From: Trypanosoma brucei
Lineage: Eukaryota
Length of the DNA stretch: 64,000 bases
Direction: 5' to 3'
NCBI GenBank assembly: GCA_000002445.1
Contig: CP000070.1
Coordinates: 1 to 64,000, forward strand
Every line of letters begins with the position of its first letter. The stretch's first letter is position 1. Shown here piece after piece: positions 36,651-47,960 of the stretch. The position numbers and the translations under genes are program-made. Below the pieces are notes generated by a model. The model searched no databases. It saw only the letters and a list, made by a program, of their open reading frames with translations, and was not told the origin of the DNA.

Positions 36651-38267
36651 ATGCCGGTAGGCTGGTCCTCTTCCTCTTCTTCATCGGATGAGGAACTTCG
36701 TATGAGGCTGATGGCTAACTTGAGGGAGAGACGTGTTTGTGGGAGAGCGGGCCCTTCTGCACCCTCTCGTTTTGTCATGTACAACGGTGATAGTATAGTA
36801 GTAAAATGTGGAACTGTATTTTGCCCGTTGAGGAAAAGGTACTTTCATTTACAAGCAGTGAAACGAAACCCAGCAGCATATTTTGGAGACGGTACTCTAA
36901 GGAGATACGAGCGTAGCTCCCTGTCGTTGGATTCAATCTATCTAATTGACGCCTCAAAGGAAAGGAATATAAACAACCAATCTAGGCGGGTGAACCTTCT
37001 CCAGTCAGTTGATATCGGGTTTTATATATATGACAGCCAGAGCATGTCTTGTAATTCTAGTTGCGTGAAGAATTCGAGTTCGAAAGTTTGCACGGATTTT
37101 CGTTACGAGAGGGTGACGAGACCCGAAAACTTTATGAGATCCGTAAGCTCCCCAGAAGTGTTACGGACTCAAAGTTGTTCCTGGGTGCCTGTGCCATATC
37201 AAATACACCCTTCATGTAGTGTGGAGAGTTACGCCCCTGGGAGGTTTGCCTTCTTTGAGAGGGGAACTCAGCACTGTCTAAGTATGGTGGAAAATGATAC
37301 TGTGACTCACCATCAAATTGATTCAATAGATAGTGGCGGCTCTGCTGTAGGATTTTACGTCAGGGGAAGAGTGGTTGTGATATTACAGGGAAAGTTTGTT
37401 CGTTGCCTGACGTGGGACCCCGACAATTCGTTTATCTCCCCCAAATGTGTGTTTACTGCCAACTTGAATGCGGTATTTTCTTGCCCGATATTTGCTTCTT
37501 TACCAGGTGATGCCGAAGAAGCGTGTATCATATTTGGAACCGGTCGGAGTATTTTCAGTGTTGCAGTGCCGAAGGAAGACTCACCCCTACTGAAGAAGTT
37601 ATGCGCTTTTAGTGTAACGCCTCTTTCCTCACTGGAAACATTTTCGTTTGGACGCAAGGACAATACTCTGCTTCTATGTGGAATGAGGAACGGGACAATT
37701 CAGGTTCTTCCACTTTGTGATCCCAATCCACGGGGGGTCAGCGGCGTAGCGCCACGCCACGACAAGGCTTGTGTATCTTATGTTCGGCGCATAGAAAACA
37801 CGTTTAACTTCGTTTCCGTGGGTAGCAACGGTGAAATAAAGTTGTGGGATTTGAGATATATGCATGTTAACACACCTGTTGGTCAAATGGGTTGTGATGT
37901 TGCTGCTTCAAGATATTGTGGGTCCGAAGCCGTATTCATGGATGACATCGCGTGCGTTACATCTGCCAACGGGCACATTTCTTGCCTAAATGCAAGGAAA
38001 TGGGCCCATATCGGCCGATTACAACGAATTGCTGGAGGTAATAGGCGATTGCACATCATTGAGAGTTCTTGTGGTTATGATCTGCTGGACGCTGACGAAC
38101 TGGGAACGGTGAGTCATGCACTGCCTGTTACATACTCCTCTTATGGAATGCAAACTGATATGCCCTTATCAAAAGTTATTTATCTTTACCGTGTTGCAGC
38201 GTCACTTTCCCCCTCCTTTCATTGCTTTCAATTCCTGTCCGTATGCGTACTAATTCGCAATGTTTAG
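36651..38267 (+). CDS. Hypothetical protein with a poly-Ser N-terminus and WD40-like elements.
   Basis: A 538-aa ORF. The segment GSNGEIKLWDLRY resembles a WD-repeat terminus. No catalytic motif is recognised. Confidence 0.45.
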   Translation: MPVGWSSSSSSSDEELRMRLMANLRERRVCGRAGPSAPSRFVMYNGDSIVVKCGTVFCPLRKRYFHLQAVKRNPAAYFGDGTLRRYERSSLSLDSIYLIDASKERNINNQSRRVNLLQSVDIGFYIYDSQSMSCNSSCVKNSSSKVCTDFRYERVTRPENFMRSVSSPEVLRTQSCSWVPVPYQIHPSCSVESYAPGRFAFFERGTQHCLSMVENDTVTHHQIDSIDSGGSAVGFYVRGRVVVILQGKFVRCLTWDPDNSFISPKCVFTANLNAVFSCPIFASLPGDAEEACIIFGTGRSIFSVAVPKEDSPLLKKLCAFSVTPLSSLETFSFGRKDNTLLLCGMRNGTIQVLPLCDPNPRGVSGVAPRHDKACVSYVRRIENTFNFVSVGSNGEIKLWDLRYMHVNTPVGQMGCDVAASRYCGSEAVFMDDIACVTSANGHISCLNARKWAHIGRLQRIAGGNRRLHIIESSCGYDLLDADELGTVSHALPVTYSSYGMQTDMPLSKVIYLYRVAASLSPSFHCFQFLSVCVLIRNV

Positions 38268-38945
38268 TGGCATCACTGAAGTGCCGCCCATTTAGTCCTT
38301 TCGAAAATGTGCCCCTTTCGAGTGCTTTATTCGCCAGACAGCTCGTAACACGCCGAACAGTCAACGGCGACACTCTATCGTGCTTTCCGTAATATCTGAG
38401 AGTTGTACCGTTTGCATCGAGCTACCGAGTGTTTTATAGACTGCGAGCGTCAACTAATTACAAGCTCATTTTTGTGTACGGCCTCTTGTTTTTGCTTGCA
38501 ACAGCAGGTGCGCGATGAAGGAACGTTTGGTGTAATAACCCTGGCATCCTAAGCAATAAGGGACTCCGACTCCGATGTCGTCTCTGTGTTGCTGCACTGC
38601 GTGATTTGTCGAAGTGTTACGGCTGACTCATCCGGTGACTCGGGTGGAGGTTGACATCGACGAAACATGTTGCTAATTTTATTTTTGAAGGTCCAGTGCG
38701 TACGTACTGTTGGAACTATCCAATTTTCCCTTGTGAGGGCTATGTTTTTGCTGTTGCATCGTAGTACGCGACGAAAAGAAGTAGTGATTCACTTTAATTT
38801 TACGTGTACGCGGCACCTCTGTACACTGTGGATTCCTCTCCTTACACATTGTTTGAAAATGTAACCTTGGCGTCTCCTAATTTTTTTTTTTAAACAGAGA
38901 TACAATGTGTGTGGCACCATGTTATTGTTGGAGGAATACCCCCTT

Positions 38946-38971
38946 GTGTGTGTGTGTGTGTGTGTGTGTGT
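38946..38971. repeat. (GT)13 microsatellite.
   Basis: Direct read. Confidence 0.95.
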
Positions 38972-39608
38972 CTTGCGTAAAAACGCGGACGCTTATTGTT
39001 TTTTCTCATTAATATCTTTCATTACAACTACGGTTGACTATATTGGCATTTCCTTTACTCTTTTATTGGACGATAATGGTCCGAAGATTTCTCGAACTGA
39101 ATGTGCGTACATCCTCTCGCTTAAGTGGGCGGTTAAAAACTATACCTGAAAGCACTATTTGTTTCCAAAGGCGGTGTCGCCGCAAGGTATGCAGGTTCAC
39201 TCACTATGCTGATGTTAACTCTCCATACTTTCATTAAGTACATATTAGTATCGTTTATTGGTGAGAGATTTCTTTGTATCTTGGAATTTATTTATTTATT
39301 TGCCCAGCGTCACCTGCACTCGTGATTTTGAGTTTATTTTTTAAAAAAATTCGCTTCTTCACCTGTTTTTCCTGCTTTGAGCGTTTATGTATCGTTTGTT
39401 TTGAAATCAAATGGTGCCGCGGCGGTTTGTCGAAGAGCACATGAAGGCATCCCGTGGATGCTCTGGGTTTTCTATGTTGTGCCACAAAGCATTGAAGGTC
39501 TTACGTTATACATTTTTCTCTCATTTGGACCATGGGCAGCAGTGGGGCGCAGTGGAGTTTGTTATGTGGCACAAAGGTGGTATAGCTCCGGATGGTCTAA
39601 CATTCAAC

Positions 39609-39661
<53 letters not shown>
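39609..39661. repeat. (TTA)17-18 microsatellite, about 50 nt upstream of the proline dehydrogenase start codon.
   Basis: Direct read. Confidence 0.95.
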
Positions 39662-39662
<1 letters not shown>

Positions 39663-39713
39663 TAACCTCATTCATTGTGTCTGCTACAAAACCTTAGAGT
39701 AATTTAAGCTATC

Positions 39714-41384
39714 ATGTTTCGCCTCCTGTGCCGACGCTCCGCCGCGAATGTAAAAATGCAAGACGCCAGTCTCCGCACCATGACAAAAGTGGATTTCTCG
39801 GACCCATCCATATTTCGTCAGAAATCTCTGTGGTGGTTGTTGCGCGCACTCTTTGTGCTCCGCATTTGCAAGTTTGAATTCATTTCCAACAATTCTGTGG
39901 CTCTTATGAAGCGTGCTGAGGCAATTTTTGGACCCTTTTTGACCTATAACACACTTGTGAAGGGGACAGTGTACGGCCACTTTTGTGCTGGCGAGTCCGA
40001 TCGTGAAGTCAAGAACACCGTCAAATCGCTTGAAAATTTGGGTATTGGATCTGTTCTTGACTATGCCGCTGAAGCTGAAGCTGAGGGTTTCGCACCCTCC
40101 CCAGGTATTGCAGAAGCGCCGAACTTGTCTATGGCAAGTCTTGTCAACAACACATCCGTTACCTATCTGCCTCACAAGCAAGCCTTTGACGAAAACATGA
40201 AACTATACGTAATGTGTGTTTTACATGCCGCACTACATAAACCGGAGGGTGGCGTTGGATTGGCTGCTGTTAAGGTGACAGGCATGTGTGATCCACAGCT
40301 TCTCGCCCGCGTCTCGGCAATCCTGCACTCCGTTCACCGTGACTGGATAGAATACTTTACGGAGGAGCAACCACCACCAGTGGAGGAGTGTAATGTTGTG
40401 ATGGGAACAAAAACGGAGCACAAGCGATATATTACGCGTGACCAAGTGCGGAAGGGACTCACAAAATTGGCCTCTTCGCAAAAATACACAGAAGATGAGA
40501 TCAATGCCGTCTTACAAGTTCTCGATCCAAATAATGAAGGAAAAACAAACTACTACAAGTTTAAAACGGTTGTGTCTGAGGCCGTACTTGCACTGGATCC
40601 CACACCAGTGCAGAAGATAATTATCGACAAACTTCCAAAACTTACTACAGAGGAGCGCGAACTATGGCGCCATTTGCACTGGAGGTTGTCAGTCATTGTT
40701 CGGACTGCGAAGGACTTGCGGGTGCGAGTTTTGTTTGACGCCGAGCAAACGTTTTATCAACTTGCCATTGATAATATTGTGTTGCAGTTTCAGCGCCAGT
40801 TCAATAAAAAGGAGGCTATAGTTTATAACACATATCAATGCTATTTGACTTACACCGAAGACCGTGTTTTCAATGACTTAACCCGAGCAGAGCTCGAGGG
40901 GTGGGTTTGGGGAGGGAAAATTGTTCGAGGTGCCTACATGAGGCAGGAGAGGGAGACAGCAGAAAAATACCATTACAAAAGCCCCATTTGGCCAACGTAC
41001 GAGGAAACTAACGCGTGCTACAAAGCTGTGGCTGAGCGAATACTAAGAGAGATAGCCCGGTTACCTGAAACACGTTTTGAGGCCCTGTTCGGAACTCACA
41101 ATCAAAAATCACTTGAAGAAATAACTGAGGCTGTTCTTCAACTTCCTCCTGTTAAAGGTTATGTGGCATTTGCCCAATTGTATGGCATGTCGGACAACTT
41201 GACAATTCCGCTTAAGAGAGCCGGTTTTCCAGTTTTTAAATATGTTCCGTACGGACCTGTCAAAGAGACTGTTCACTACCTGGGAAGGCGTGCTATGGAG
41301 AATGCGTCAATTTTATCGAATGGGGGTAGCCGGGAAGTGCGGTTGATGAGGAAAGAGCTTAGGCGTCGCGTCTTTTGGATGTGA
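39714..41384 (+). CDS. PRODH: Proline dehydrogenase (proline oxidase), mitochondrial.
   Basis: A 556-aa ORF. It has the conserved PRODH blocks YGHFCAGE and KYVPYGPV...YLGRRAMENAS. The N-terminus is basic and hydrophobic, consistent with mitochondrial targeting. Confidence 0.8.
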   Translation: MFRLLCRRSAANVKMQDASLRTMTKVDFSDPSIFRQKSLWWLLRALFVLRICKFEFISNNSVALMKRAEAIFGPFLTYNTLVKGTVYGHFCAGESDREVKNTVKSLENLGIGSVLDYAAEAEAEGFAPSPGIAEAPNLSMASLVNNTSVTYLPHKQAFDENMKLYVMCVLHAALHKPEGGVGLAAVKVTGMCDPQLLARVSAILHSVHRDWIEYFTEEQPPPVEECNVVMGTKTEHKRYITRDQVRKGLTKLASSQKYTEDEINAVLQVLDPNNEGKTNYYKFKTVVSEAVLALDPTPVQKIIIDKLPKLTTEERELWRHLHWRLSVIVRTAKDLRVRVLFDAEQTFYQLAIDNIVLQFQRQFNKKEAIVYNTYQCYLTYTEDRVFNDLTRAELEGWVWGGKIVRGAYMRQERETAEKYHYKSPIWPTYEETNACYKAVAERILREIARLPETRFEALFGTHNQKSLEEITEAVLQLPPVKGYVAFAQLYGMSDNLTIPLKRAGFPVFKYVPYGPVKETVHYLGRRAMENASILSNGGSREVRLMRKELRRRVFWM

Positions 41385-41927
41385 AGTAAATTGACGCGAT
41401 TTAGGGATATTGCTCCGTTTAAGTGTATGATTACCGCACCCCGATTATGGGAAGGTATCAACTTGGTGGCGAGTGTAAGATTGCGCAACTGCACCATCTT
41501 TATGCTGTAAAGGGTTATTGACTTAAAGGTTCTTTATGTGTGCGTAGATAGTTGTTTTTAAATGATTTTTTTTTGTTAACGAACGTACCCTATCTAGTTT
41601 AAAAACGGCGCAATTTTTTTTTTACTCCTTTATTTTTTTTTTTTTGTACTTCCACGTTTTCGTAAGACGCATTTCTCCTCTATTTTTCTATTATTATTAT
41701 TATTTTTTACCCTTAACCTTGTTGGGAGCGTAGATAGCTATTTGGTTGATTAAAGACGCATTAGCGTTTTCCTCATATATATTTTTTATTGGGCCAGATG
41801 ATCTGTTATTGTGCGCTTTGGGCACACCACCAGTACCGTCGAGGGGAGTGCAAATCTTCTTCAACTTTTCTACACTTAACCATTCCCACTTTTTTCTGAC
41901 CTTGCATTTTTCAGTGAAAGCTTCTAG

Positions 41928-43148
41928 ATGAAAAGCAAGTCCAGCAAGCAGGTTCTTTTGCCCCTTCAGGGGAACATTTCTCCATCCGCTGAATCGCCAA
42001 GGCCCGGCTCACTGATGACAACTGAGGGAAGGACTCGCAACTACAAGGACCTTATAAATAGGACAGTGTTCTCATTGATCATGGCGTACTTCTTTCTTGG
42101 ACTCGTTTCCATTGGTGCAGAAGCCATTATTTTCCTCCTTATCATCATTTTGTGCTTGATGTTTCATGAAGTCAGCAGGATCAATCAACGGGAGAGAAAG
42201 AACAAGCAGCTGCCATCAGTTTTCATAATGAAAGTATGGTTTCTTTGCACTACTATGTTTTCCATGACAGCGTATAGCATACGTGACCCCTTGGTAGCAA
42301 CATACCCAGGCGCTATGAGGTATTACAGGAATGCCTGGATGATCGCATTTGGTTTTCCACTCGTTGGGATGGTGGGTTTTGTGCTGTCGCTTCGCAAGGG
42401 GATGTATCGCTACCAGTTCATGCAACTCGCGGCGATTGTAATGACTCTGTTGTATGTCACTGCTCAAGGGTACGCCCAAATATCAAATGTAATGCGAGGA
42501 ATGCTTTGGTTCGTTCTTCCAATAAGTTGTGTTATAAACAATGACACCTGGGCATATATTTTTGGTAAACTTTTTGGGAGAACGAAGTTGCTGGCCCTCT
42601 CTCCCAAAAAGACTGTGGAGGGCTTCGTTGGGGCTTTCGTTTTTACCATCATATGGTCTTTTTGGTTCGCCGGATTCCTCAGCTATTTTCCCCACATGTA
42701 CTGCGCTAAAACTGACTTCCACTCAGCATTCCACTGTGAGAAGGATCCTCTATTTGTAAAGCGAGATGTCCCCATGCCTGCGTTTGTGCAAGCGTTGACT
42801 TTCAACAGGTTGACAACCATCAGGTGCGCCAGGGTGCAGCAACATGCACTTGTTTTTGCTGCGTTCGCATCCCTTATTGCGCCATTTGGTGGGTTTTTCG
42901 CCAGCGGACTGAAACGAGCATTTAAAATGAAAGATTTTGGTGACCTGATACCCGGACACGGGGGAATAACAGACCGGATGGACTGCCAAGGCATCATGGG
43001 TTTTTTCACCTGGGTGTACTTACAGTCATACGTTTACCGTGATGAGAATTGCCCTTCATGGCATACGATCAGTAGTTGCGCCCTTCAACTACCCGAGGAG
43101 CAACGGCGTTCACTATTGTCGACTCTTAATAGGTCTCTCACAGAATAG
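41928..43148 (+). CDS. CDS: Phosphatidate cytidylyltransferase (CDP-diacylglycerol synthase).
   Basis: It carries the CDS signature GLKRAFKMKDFGDLIPGHGGITDRMDCQ. It is multi-pass hydrophobic. The start codon is uncertain; a later Met, MTTEGRT, is possible. Confidence 0.8.
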   Translation: MKSKSSKQVLLPLQGNISPSAESPRPGSLMTTEGRTRNYKDLINRTVFSLIMAYFFLGLVSIGAEAIIFLLIIILCLMFHEVSRINQRERKNKQLPSVFIMKVWFLCTTMFSMTAYSIRDPLVATYPGAMRYYRNAWMIAFGFPLVGMVGFVLSLRKGMYRYQFMQLAAIVMTLLYVTAQGYAQISNVMRGMLWFVLPISCVINNDTWAYIFGKLFGRTKLLALSPKKTVEGFVGAFVFTIIWSFWFAGFLSYFPHMYCAKTDFHSAFHCEKDPLFVKRDVPMPAFVQALTFNRLTTIRCARVQQHALVFAAFASLIAPFGGFFASGLKRAFKMKDFGDLIPGHGGITDRMDCQGIMGFFTWVYLQSYVYRDENCPSWHTISSCALQLPEEQRRSLLSTLNRSLTE

Positions 43149-43410
43149 TCCATGTTGGAAGGGCACGAGTAATAAAACGGAGCACGGCGACCTGTCATGG
43201 TTAGCGTTTAGAATTGCTGCGAGCGAGCATGTTACCATAGTTGTAAGAAGCTGCTACCTGTATTGGTCTTTGCCGTTATATCGTATGCATTTGTATACAC
43301 CATTGTTTTCAAGTAAACTTGTACCTCTCCCCTATTTTTTTTTCTTTTCAAATTTCTACCACACATGCACTTCATACTATTCTTTTTAAATTATGTGTAG
43401 CTCTGTAGCC

Positions 43411-43704
43411 ATGGCCGAGGTAGCAACAGCCGCCACGACAGCAGCGACGAAGAAGGACAAGAAAGCCCCTCAGGAGGAGGTTGTCGTGCAGCAGACGGAT
43501 CAGGCACAAGTTGGTGTAATCATCAAAGTGCTGGGCCGCACTGGTTCCCGTGGTAACGTGACTCAGGTTCGCGTTCGCCTCATGGCGGAGGAGGGATCAC
43601 CGGAAGCTAATCGCACGATTGTGCGCAACGTAAAGGGTCCGTGCAAGGAGGGTGACATGCTTTCTCTGATGGAAACGGAACGTGAAGCGCGCCGGCTACG
43701 CTGA
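43411..43704 (+). CDS. RPS28: 40S ribosomal protein S28e, copy 1.
   Basis: It has the S28e hallmarks [25 protein letters not shown] and [26 protein letters not shown]. The start is taken at MAEV. The six-frame ORF begins 18 nt earlier at MCSSVA. Confidence 0.85.
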   Translation: MAEVATAATTAATKKDKKAPQEEVVVQQTDQAQVGVIIKVLGRTGSRGNVTQVRVRLMAEEGSPEANRTIVRNVKGPCKEGDMLSLMETEREARRLR

Positions 43705-43936
43705 GTAATGGTTTAATTCTACATCTCTTTAATGTGACTCGTTTTTCCCTTACTGAGCATATTTTAGGTTATTTGTGAGTACTTTCCATTATATTGAGTA
43801 ATTTCGTGCCATGCCCTACATACAATAACCGTTTTTGGTTAAACTTGTACCTCTCCCCTATTTTTTTTTCTTTTCAAATTTCTACCACACATGCACTTCA
43901 TACTATTCTTTTTAAATTATGTGTAGCTCTGTAGCC

Positions 43937-44230
43937 ATGGCCGAGGTAGCAACAGCCGCCACGACAGCAGCGACGAAGAAGGACAAGAAAGCCCCTCAGG
44001 AGGAGGTTGTCGTGCAGCAGACGGATCAGGCACAAGTTGGTGTAATCATCAAAGTGCTGGGCCGCACTGGTTCCCGTGGTAACGTGACTCAGGTTCGCGT
44101 TCGCCTCATGGCGGAGGAGGGATCACCGGAAGCTAATCGCACGATTGTGCGCAACGTAAAGGGTCCGTGCAAGGAGGGTGACATGCTTTCTCTGATGGAA
44201 ACGGAACGTGAAGCGCGCCGGCTACGCTGA
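43937..44230 (+). CDS. RPS28: 40S ribosomal protein S28e, copy 2. Identical to copy 1.
   Basis: The protein is identical to copy 1, and so is the DNA across the CDS. Confidence 0.85.
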   Translation: MAEVATAATTAATKKDKKAPQEEVVVQQTDQAQVGVIIKVLGRTGSRGNVTQVRVRLMAEEGSPEANRTIVRNVKGPCKEGDMLSLMETEREARRLR

Positions 44231-45205
44231 GTAATGGTTTCATTCTACATCTCTTTAATGTGACCTTTCTCCTTTTCTCTTTTTTCTGTGATCCGTGACT
44301 AACTTTGTTTACTTTTCTGATTGAGATGGCTGGTGCTCCCTTCCCCCCTGTGTTCTTGCTATTTCCCTCCCTTTCGGTTCTCTATCTTCTTATTTGGTGA
44401 CATGTGCCGCCGCGTAAGGATTCATGTTACGGTGGGAATGATTGCATATATTCTTCTTCCCAAGCGGTAGGTAAAAACGCCGAAGCTTTGGGGGAGACCA
44501 AGGCACGCGGTTAAAATGTAAGGAGTTGTAAGGAATGAATTTGATCGGCTTGACTCGTACATCTGTAACGAGCATATTCTCCTCCCTCACCTAATTGTTG
44601 GAGACACAAAGGGGGGGGGGGAATTTGATTGGCTGTGAGTTGAAAATGATGAAGCACAAGACAAAGTTTTCCATATTTTAGGGTGCGGGAACGTGCGGTG
44701 GATCGATTCTAGCGAAGCCTTAAAGAGGACACCGGACTCAATACTGTAGATTTTTATGATCAATACGACAGCTGAAGCTTATCGTGAGGGATGTTTTTTT
44801 TTTTTTGTGGTCTTAACTCTTAACTCCCAAAGCGATACCTCTACGGTAGTTTAGGAGGGTCAGCGACTCGAGAAAGACCACTCCACTTCTGTCATGCAAC
44901 TGATCATTTGAAGGTGCTGTGGAGTGTCGTTGAGTTGCCGTCTGTCTTCACATTGAATCAAGTGTCTTTTGTTTTCCTGATATGATTGTGCTTACGGATC
45001 GTCAGTGAGCAGGAAGTAACAGGGATTTCCCAGCTTGTTTCTGCTCGGCATGGGGTCAGCGAGTTGCTCCAAAGTAGTGGCAGACGTGTTAGGCGTAAGC
45101 ATTGTGACGGTGCGTGGGTGTTCTCTTCTCTGTCCCTTTTATTACTTTTGAGTCAAGTGGTTTATTTGTTGTGTCGGGATCTGGTTCTCCGCCATATAAT
45201 ATTCA

Positions 45206-46987
45206 GTGTCTTTTTTCTCTCTCTTTTCGAAGATGCAGAAACAGCGTATCACTTTCGATGCTGCGTACAAATTTACCTTGTGGTATTCGCTGCTTTGTGA
45301 GGCGCAGAGGGATCGTGCGAAGTCTGTGGAGCGAGCCCGTCATGGCTCACATGTGAGAGATGTGGCTTCTGTACTCGTGAGGGCATCTTTACCTCGGCGA
45401 GCATATAAGAGTTGCTGCTTAGCCGGTGTGTGTGACCGCGACTCTCTAACACACAAAGCAGTGCATTTTGGAAGACCCGAGGTGCACATCACTCATGGCG
45501 AGCGTGACGATGTGTACCACTGCCTCGCTCACTCAACGGCATGCATTGGTCGCTCTGTTGACTTGTGCGTTAAGAACTACTGCTCTGCAGCACCGCTATC
45601 TGGCGACTGTTATGGTGGTTTGCGCTGCATAATTCAACATTTGCAATTGCGAAGCTTAACCTTTTCTAGCATTACCAGCCTTCATGATGCGCAGCAAGTT
45701 GTCAACACGCTTAGCGCCGCGGTTAGATGCGGCTTGAGGTGGCTGACGCGGCTTAGCATCGGGGGCATTCCCTTGTATGCGGATTTAGGGCCTCTACTGT
45801 ACTCCCTGAGAGAAACAGATGCGATAACGGAGCTACGGCTTGAGGAGTGCGGCATTGAGAATGTTGATGGCTTGGGGCACTACTTGAAGTCGTCCAAAAA
45901 GTTGCAAAAGCTTTCGTTGCGTGGGAACCAAGGGATCTGTGGGGATATGAAGTCTTTGGCCGTTGCAGTCTCTTTGTGTTCGTCACTGCAATCTTTCGAC
46001 GCAGGGTTATGCCGTTTGAATGACACTCATCTAAGTGAATTTCTTCTTGGGTTGGACAACTTTCTTAAGCGAAGCTGCTTTTCACTGGATATGTCTAGCA
46101 ACGTGCTGACCAAGACATGTTTTTTGTGTTTCCTAGAGGCACCACTGGCCTTTCGCAGGGAAGTCACTCAACTTGACATCAGTGGGCATAATTTTAACGG
46201 TGCAGGTGATGGTGCTGCCGCCATGCTGTTGGAACTTCCCGCGCTCCGTGGGGTTGTGTTTGACCGTTGCGACATCGGGTCCCGAGATGTCCAGCGGCTC
46301 GTCCGGGTTTTCACTCGAAAGGATCGCACTTGGAGTTGCCTGTCATTTCGAGGGAGCGCATTGACTTTGAACGATATGAAACGGTTGGTAATGACAACAT
46401 TTGCTGAACGGTCGCGTCTTTGTATAGGAGGTAATAATATTGGCGGTGGTATCCAGAAGTTGTGTCTGAATATTGTGCTTCCTTTTTTATGCGAGTTGGA
46501 CCTCTCCTTGTGTGATATTGGTGACACTGGTGTACTACAGCTCGCTAACAGCATCGAGAAGGCGCAGCCTGTCCCACTGCGTTCATTGCGGTTAGACAAC
46601 AACGGAATCGGCGGTGAAGGCGTGAGGGGCCGTGGCGGTCTTCAGTTTCTCGGCAGGGCGCTGAGATCAAGCTATAGCCCATGTCTTGAGGTGCTTTCTC
46701 TTGCACATAATAAACTTTCGCTAAAGCCACTGTTAACACTTGTGGAGCAGGTTTCATCAACTCTACGCGAGTTGTGCATTTCATACACGCCCATAGCTAG
46801 CGATAGTTGCGAGATGGCGGATCTCGTTGGGCGCATAATGCGTCGTCAAAAAGGGAGTCATGCATTTGACGAATTGGATGTATGGGCGCTGCGCTCTACT
46901 GATCTTGATAGCAGTTGCGGTAGCGAAGCAACGTCATGGTTGGAGAGGCAGAGGGCTGTTCGTGTAATCATGGAAGCAAGGGTGTAA
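45206..46987 (+). CDS. Leucine-rich repeat protein of the ribonuclease-inhibitor (RNI) type.
   Basis: A 593-aa ORF. It has repeated LxxLxLxxNxIGxxG units such as LDLSLCDIGDTGVLQLANSIE and LRLDNNGIGGEGVRG. Confidence 0.6.
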   Translation: MSFFSLFSKMQKQRITFDAAYKFTLWYSLLCEAQRDRAKSVERARHGSHVRDVASVLVRASLPRRAYKSCCLAGVCDRDSLTHKAVHFGRPEVHITHGERDDVYHCLAHSTACIGRSVDLCVKNYCSAAPLSGDCYGGLRCIIQHLQLRSLTFSSITSLHDAQQVVNTLSAAVRCGLRWLTRLSIGGIPLYADLGPLLYSLRETDAITELRLEECGIENVDGLGHYLKSSKKLQKLSLRGNQGICGDMKSLAVAVSLCSSLQSFDAGLCRLNDTHLSEFLLGLDNFLKRSCFSLDMSSNVLTKTCFLCFLEAPLAFRREVTQLDISGHNFNGAGDGAAAMLLELPALRGVVFDRCDIGSRDVQRLVRVFTRKDRTWSCLSFRGSALTLNDMKRLVMTTFAERSRLCIGGNNIGGGIQKLCLNIVLPFLCELDLSLCDIGDTGVLQLANSIEKAQPVPLRSLRLDNNGIGGEGVRGRGGLQFLGRALRSSYSPCLEVLSLAHNKLSLKPLLTLVEQVSSTLRELCISYTPIASDSCEMADLVGRIMRRQKGSHAFDELDVWALRSTDLDSSCGSEATSWLERQRAVRVIMEARV

Positions 46988-47128
46988 CCAGTGGATGTAA
47001 CACCTCATCGTTCTTTATCACTTTATACTTGTCCCGCAGTAGCCGCTTACCTTTGCAAGAAAGTATCACATCAGCTTTGCGTGTGGCATAACCACTTTTT
47101 CGATTATCTTCTTTTTTAAAATCCAAAC

Positions 47129-47710
47129 TTGTCCCTCTCTCGATTTCGTTTTCAACTCTTTTTATGCCGTGTAGTGCGTTGTGCAATGACGGAGCGTTCA
47201 CCGGCGCTTGTACCCGCAGTGTCCCTCTTGCGGGAGGAGTTGCAGCTCCTAAACGGTGTTGTTGAGGGCCAGGCGAGAAGCCGTGTGTATCGGCACCATA
47301 TTTTCTTCCGCAAGGCCAGTTTTTTGCGCTCAGCTTTGAGGAATGCGCTACCGCAATTTGCGCGACGTGCTGCAGATCCCACTGACTTAAGGACTGTGGC
47401 AGGTCGGTTACTTACGTTGACTATTAGGTGTGCGGAGAGTGCGACACTCGAATTAAGTGCATCTCATATTGACACAGTTTCTGTTGCTCTCCTACTTTTG
47501 GCAATTACATCACGAATTGGGTGCGTACTTTGTGTTGTTTTGGGTCGGAAACCAGAAACTTTTGGAAAACTGCATTTTATCGGCTCAAAGTTTGGTGTGA
47601 AGTATAAAAGGTCTCGTTCAGAAGCGGAGTTGGCTGAAGAAACAATTGGAGTTGCCACTCCTATTAGGCGGCGCACGATTGGTGGGGTTATTGAAGCAGT
47701 CATAAAGTGA
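47129..47710 (+). CDS. Hypothetical protein of about 175-193 aa.
   Basis: An ORF with no recognisable motif. It sits in the correct strand and frame context between flanking genes. Confidence 0.35.
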   Translation: MSLSRFRFQLFLCRVVRCAMTERSPALVPAVSLLREELQLLNGVVEGQARSRVYRHHIFFRKASFLRSALRNALPQFARRAADPTDLRTVAGRLLTLTIRCAESATLELSASHIDTVSVALLLLAITSRIGCVLCVVLGRKPETFGKLHFIGSKFGVKYKRSRSEAELAEETIGVATPIRRRTIGGVIEAVIK

Positions 47711-47960
47711 AATACACCGCAAATTTTCCCACTCCCCAACGTGTGAACATTGTTTACTTATGTCTAGCGTCGCGCTGCTTCTTCCCCTCTGTTCCAAGCC
47801 CAGCTACGCAATGCGAATACACTCGGTACATCCCTCAAGTCTTCACTGTATTGCGATTTTTTCCCCCTTCGCTGCTTTTCATCACCTCGTCGCCCTGTTG
47901 TTTGTCCTTTATTGCTACCTTTTCAAGTCTTCCTTCTTCTTCCATCAGAGTAGGTTCGCG

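Larger units (their letters stand above)
43313..44273 (+). repeat. Tandem duplication of the S28e gene unit (about 526 bp), two copies.
   Basis: The unit is identical from about 80 nt upstream of the CDS to about 45 nt after the stop codon, where the two copies diverge. It starts with aaacttgtacctctcccctattttttttt. Confidence 0.9.
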
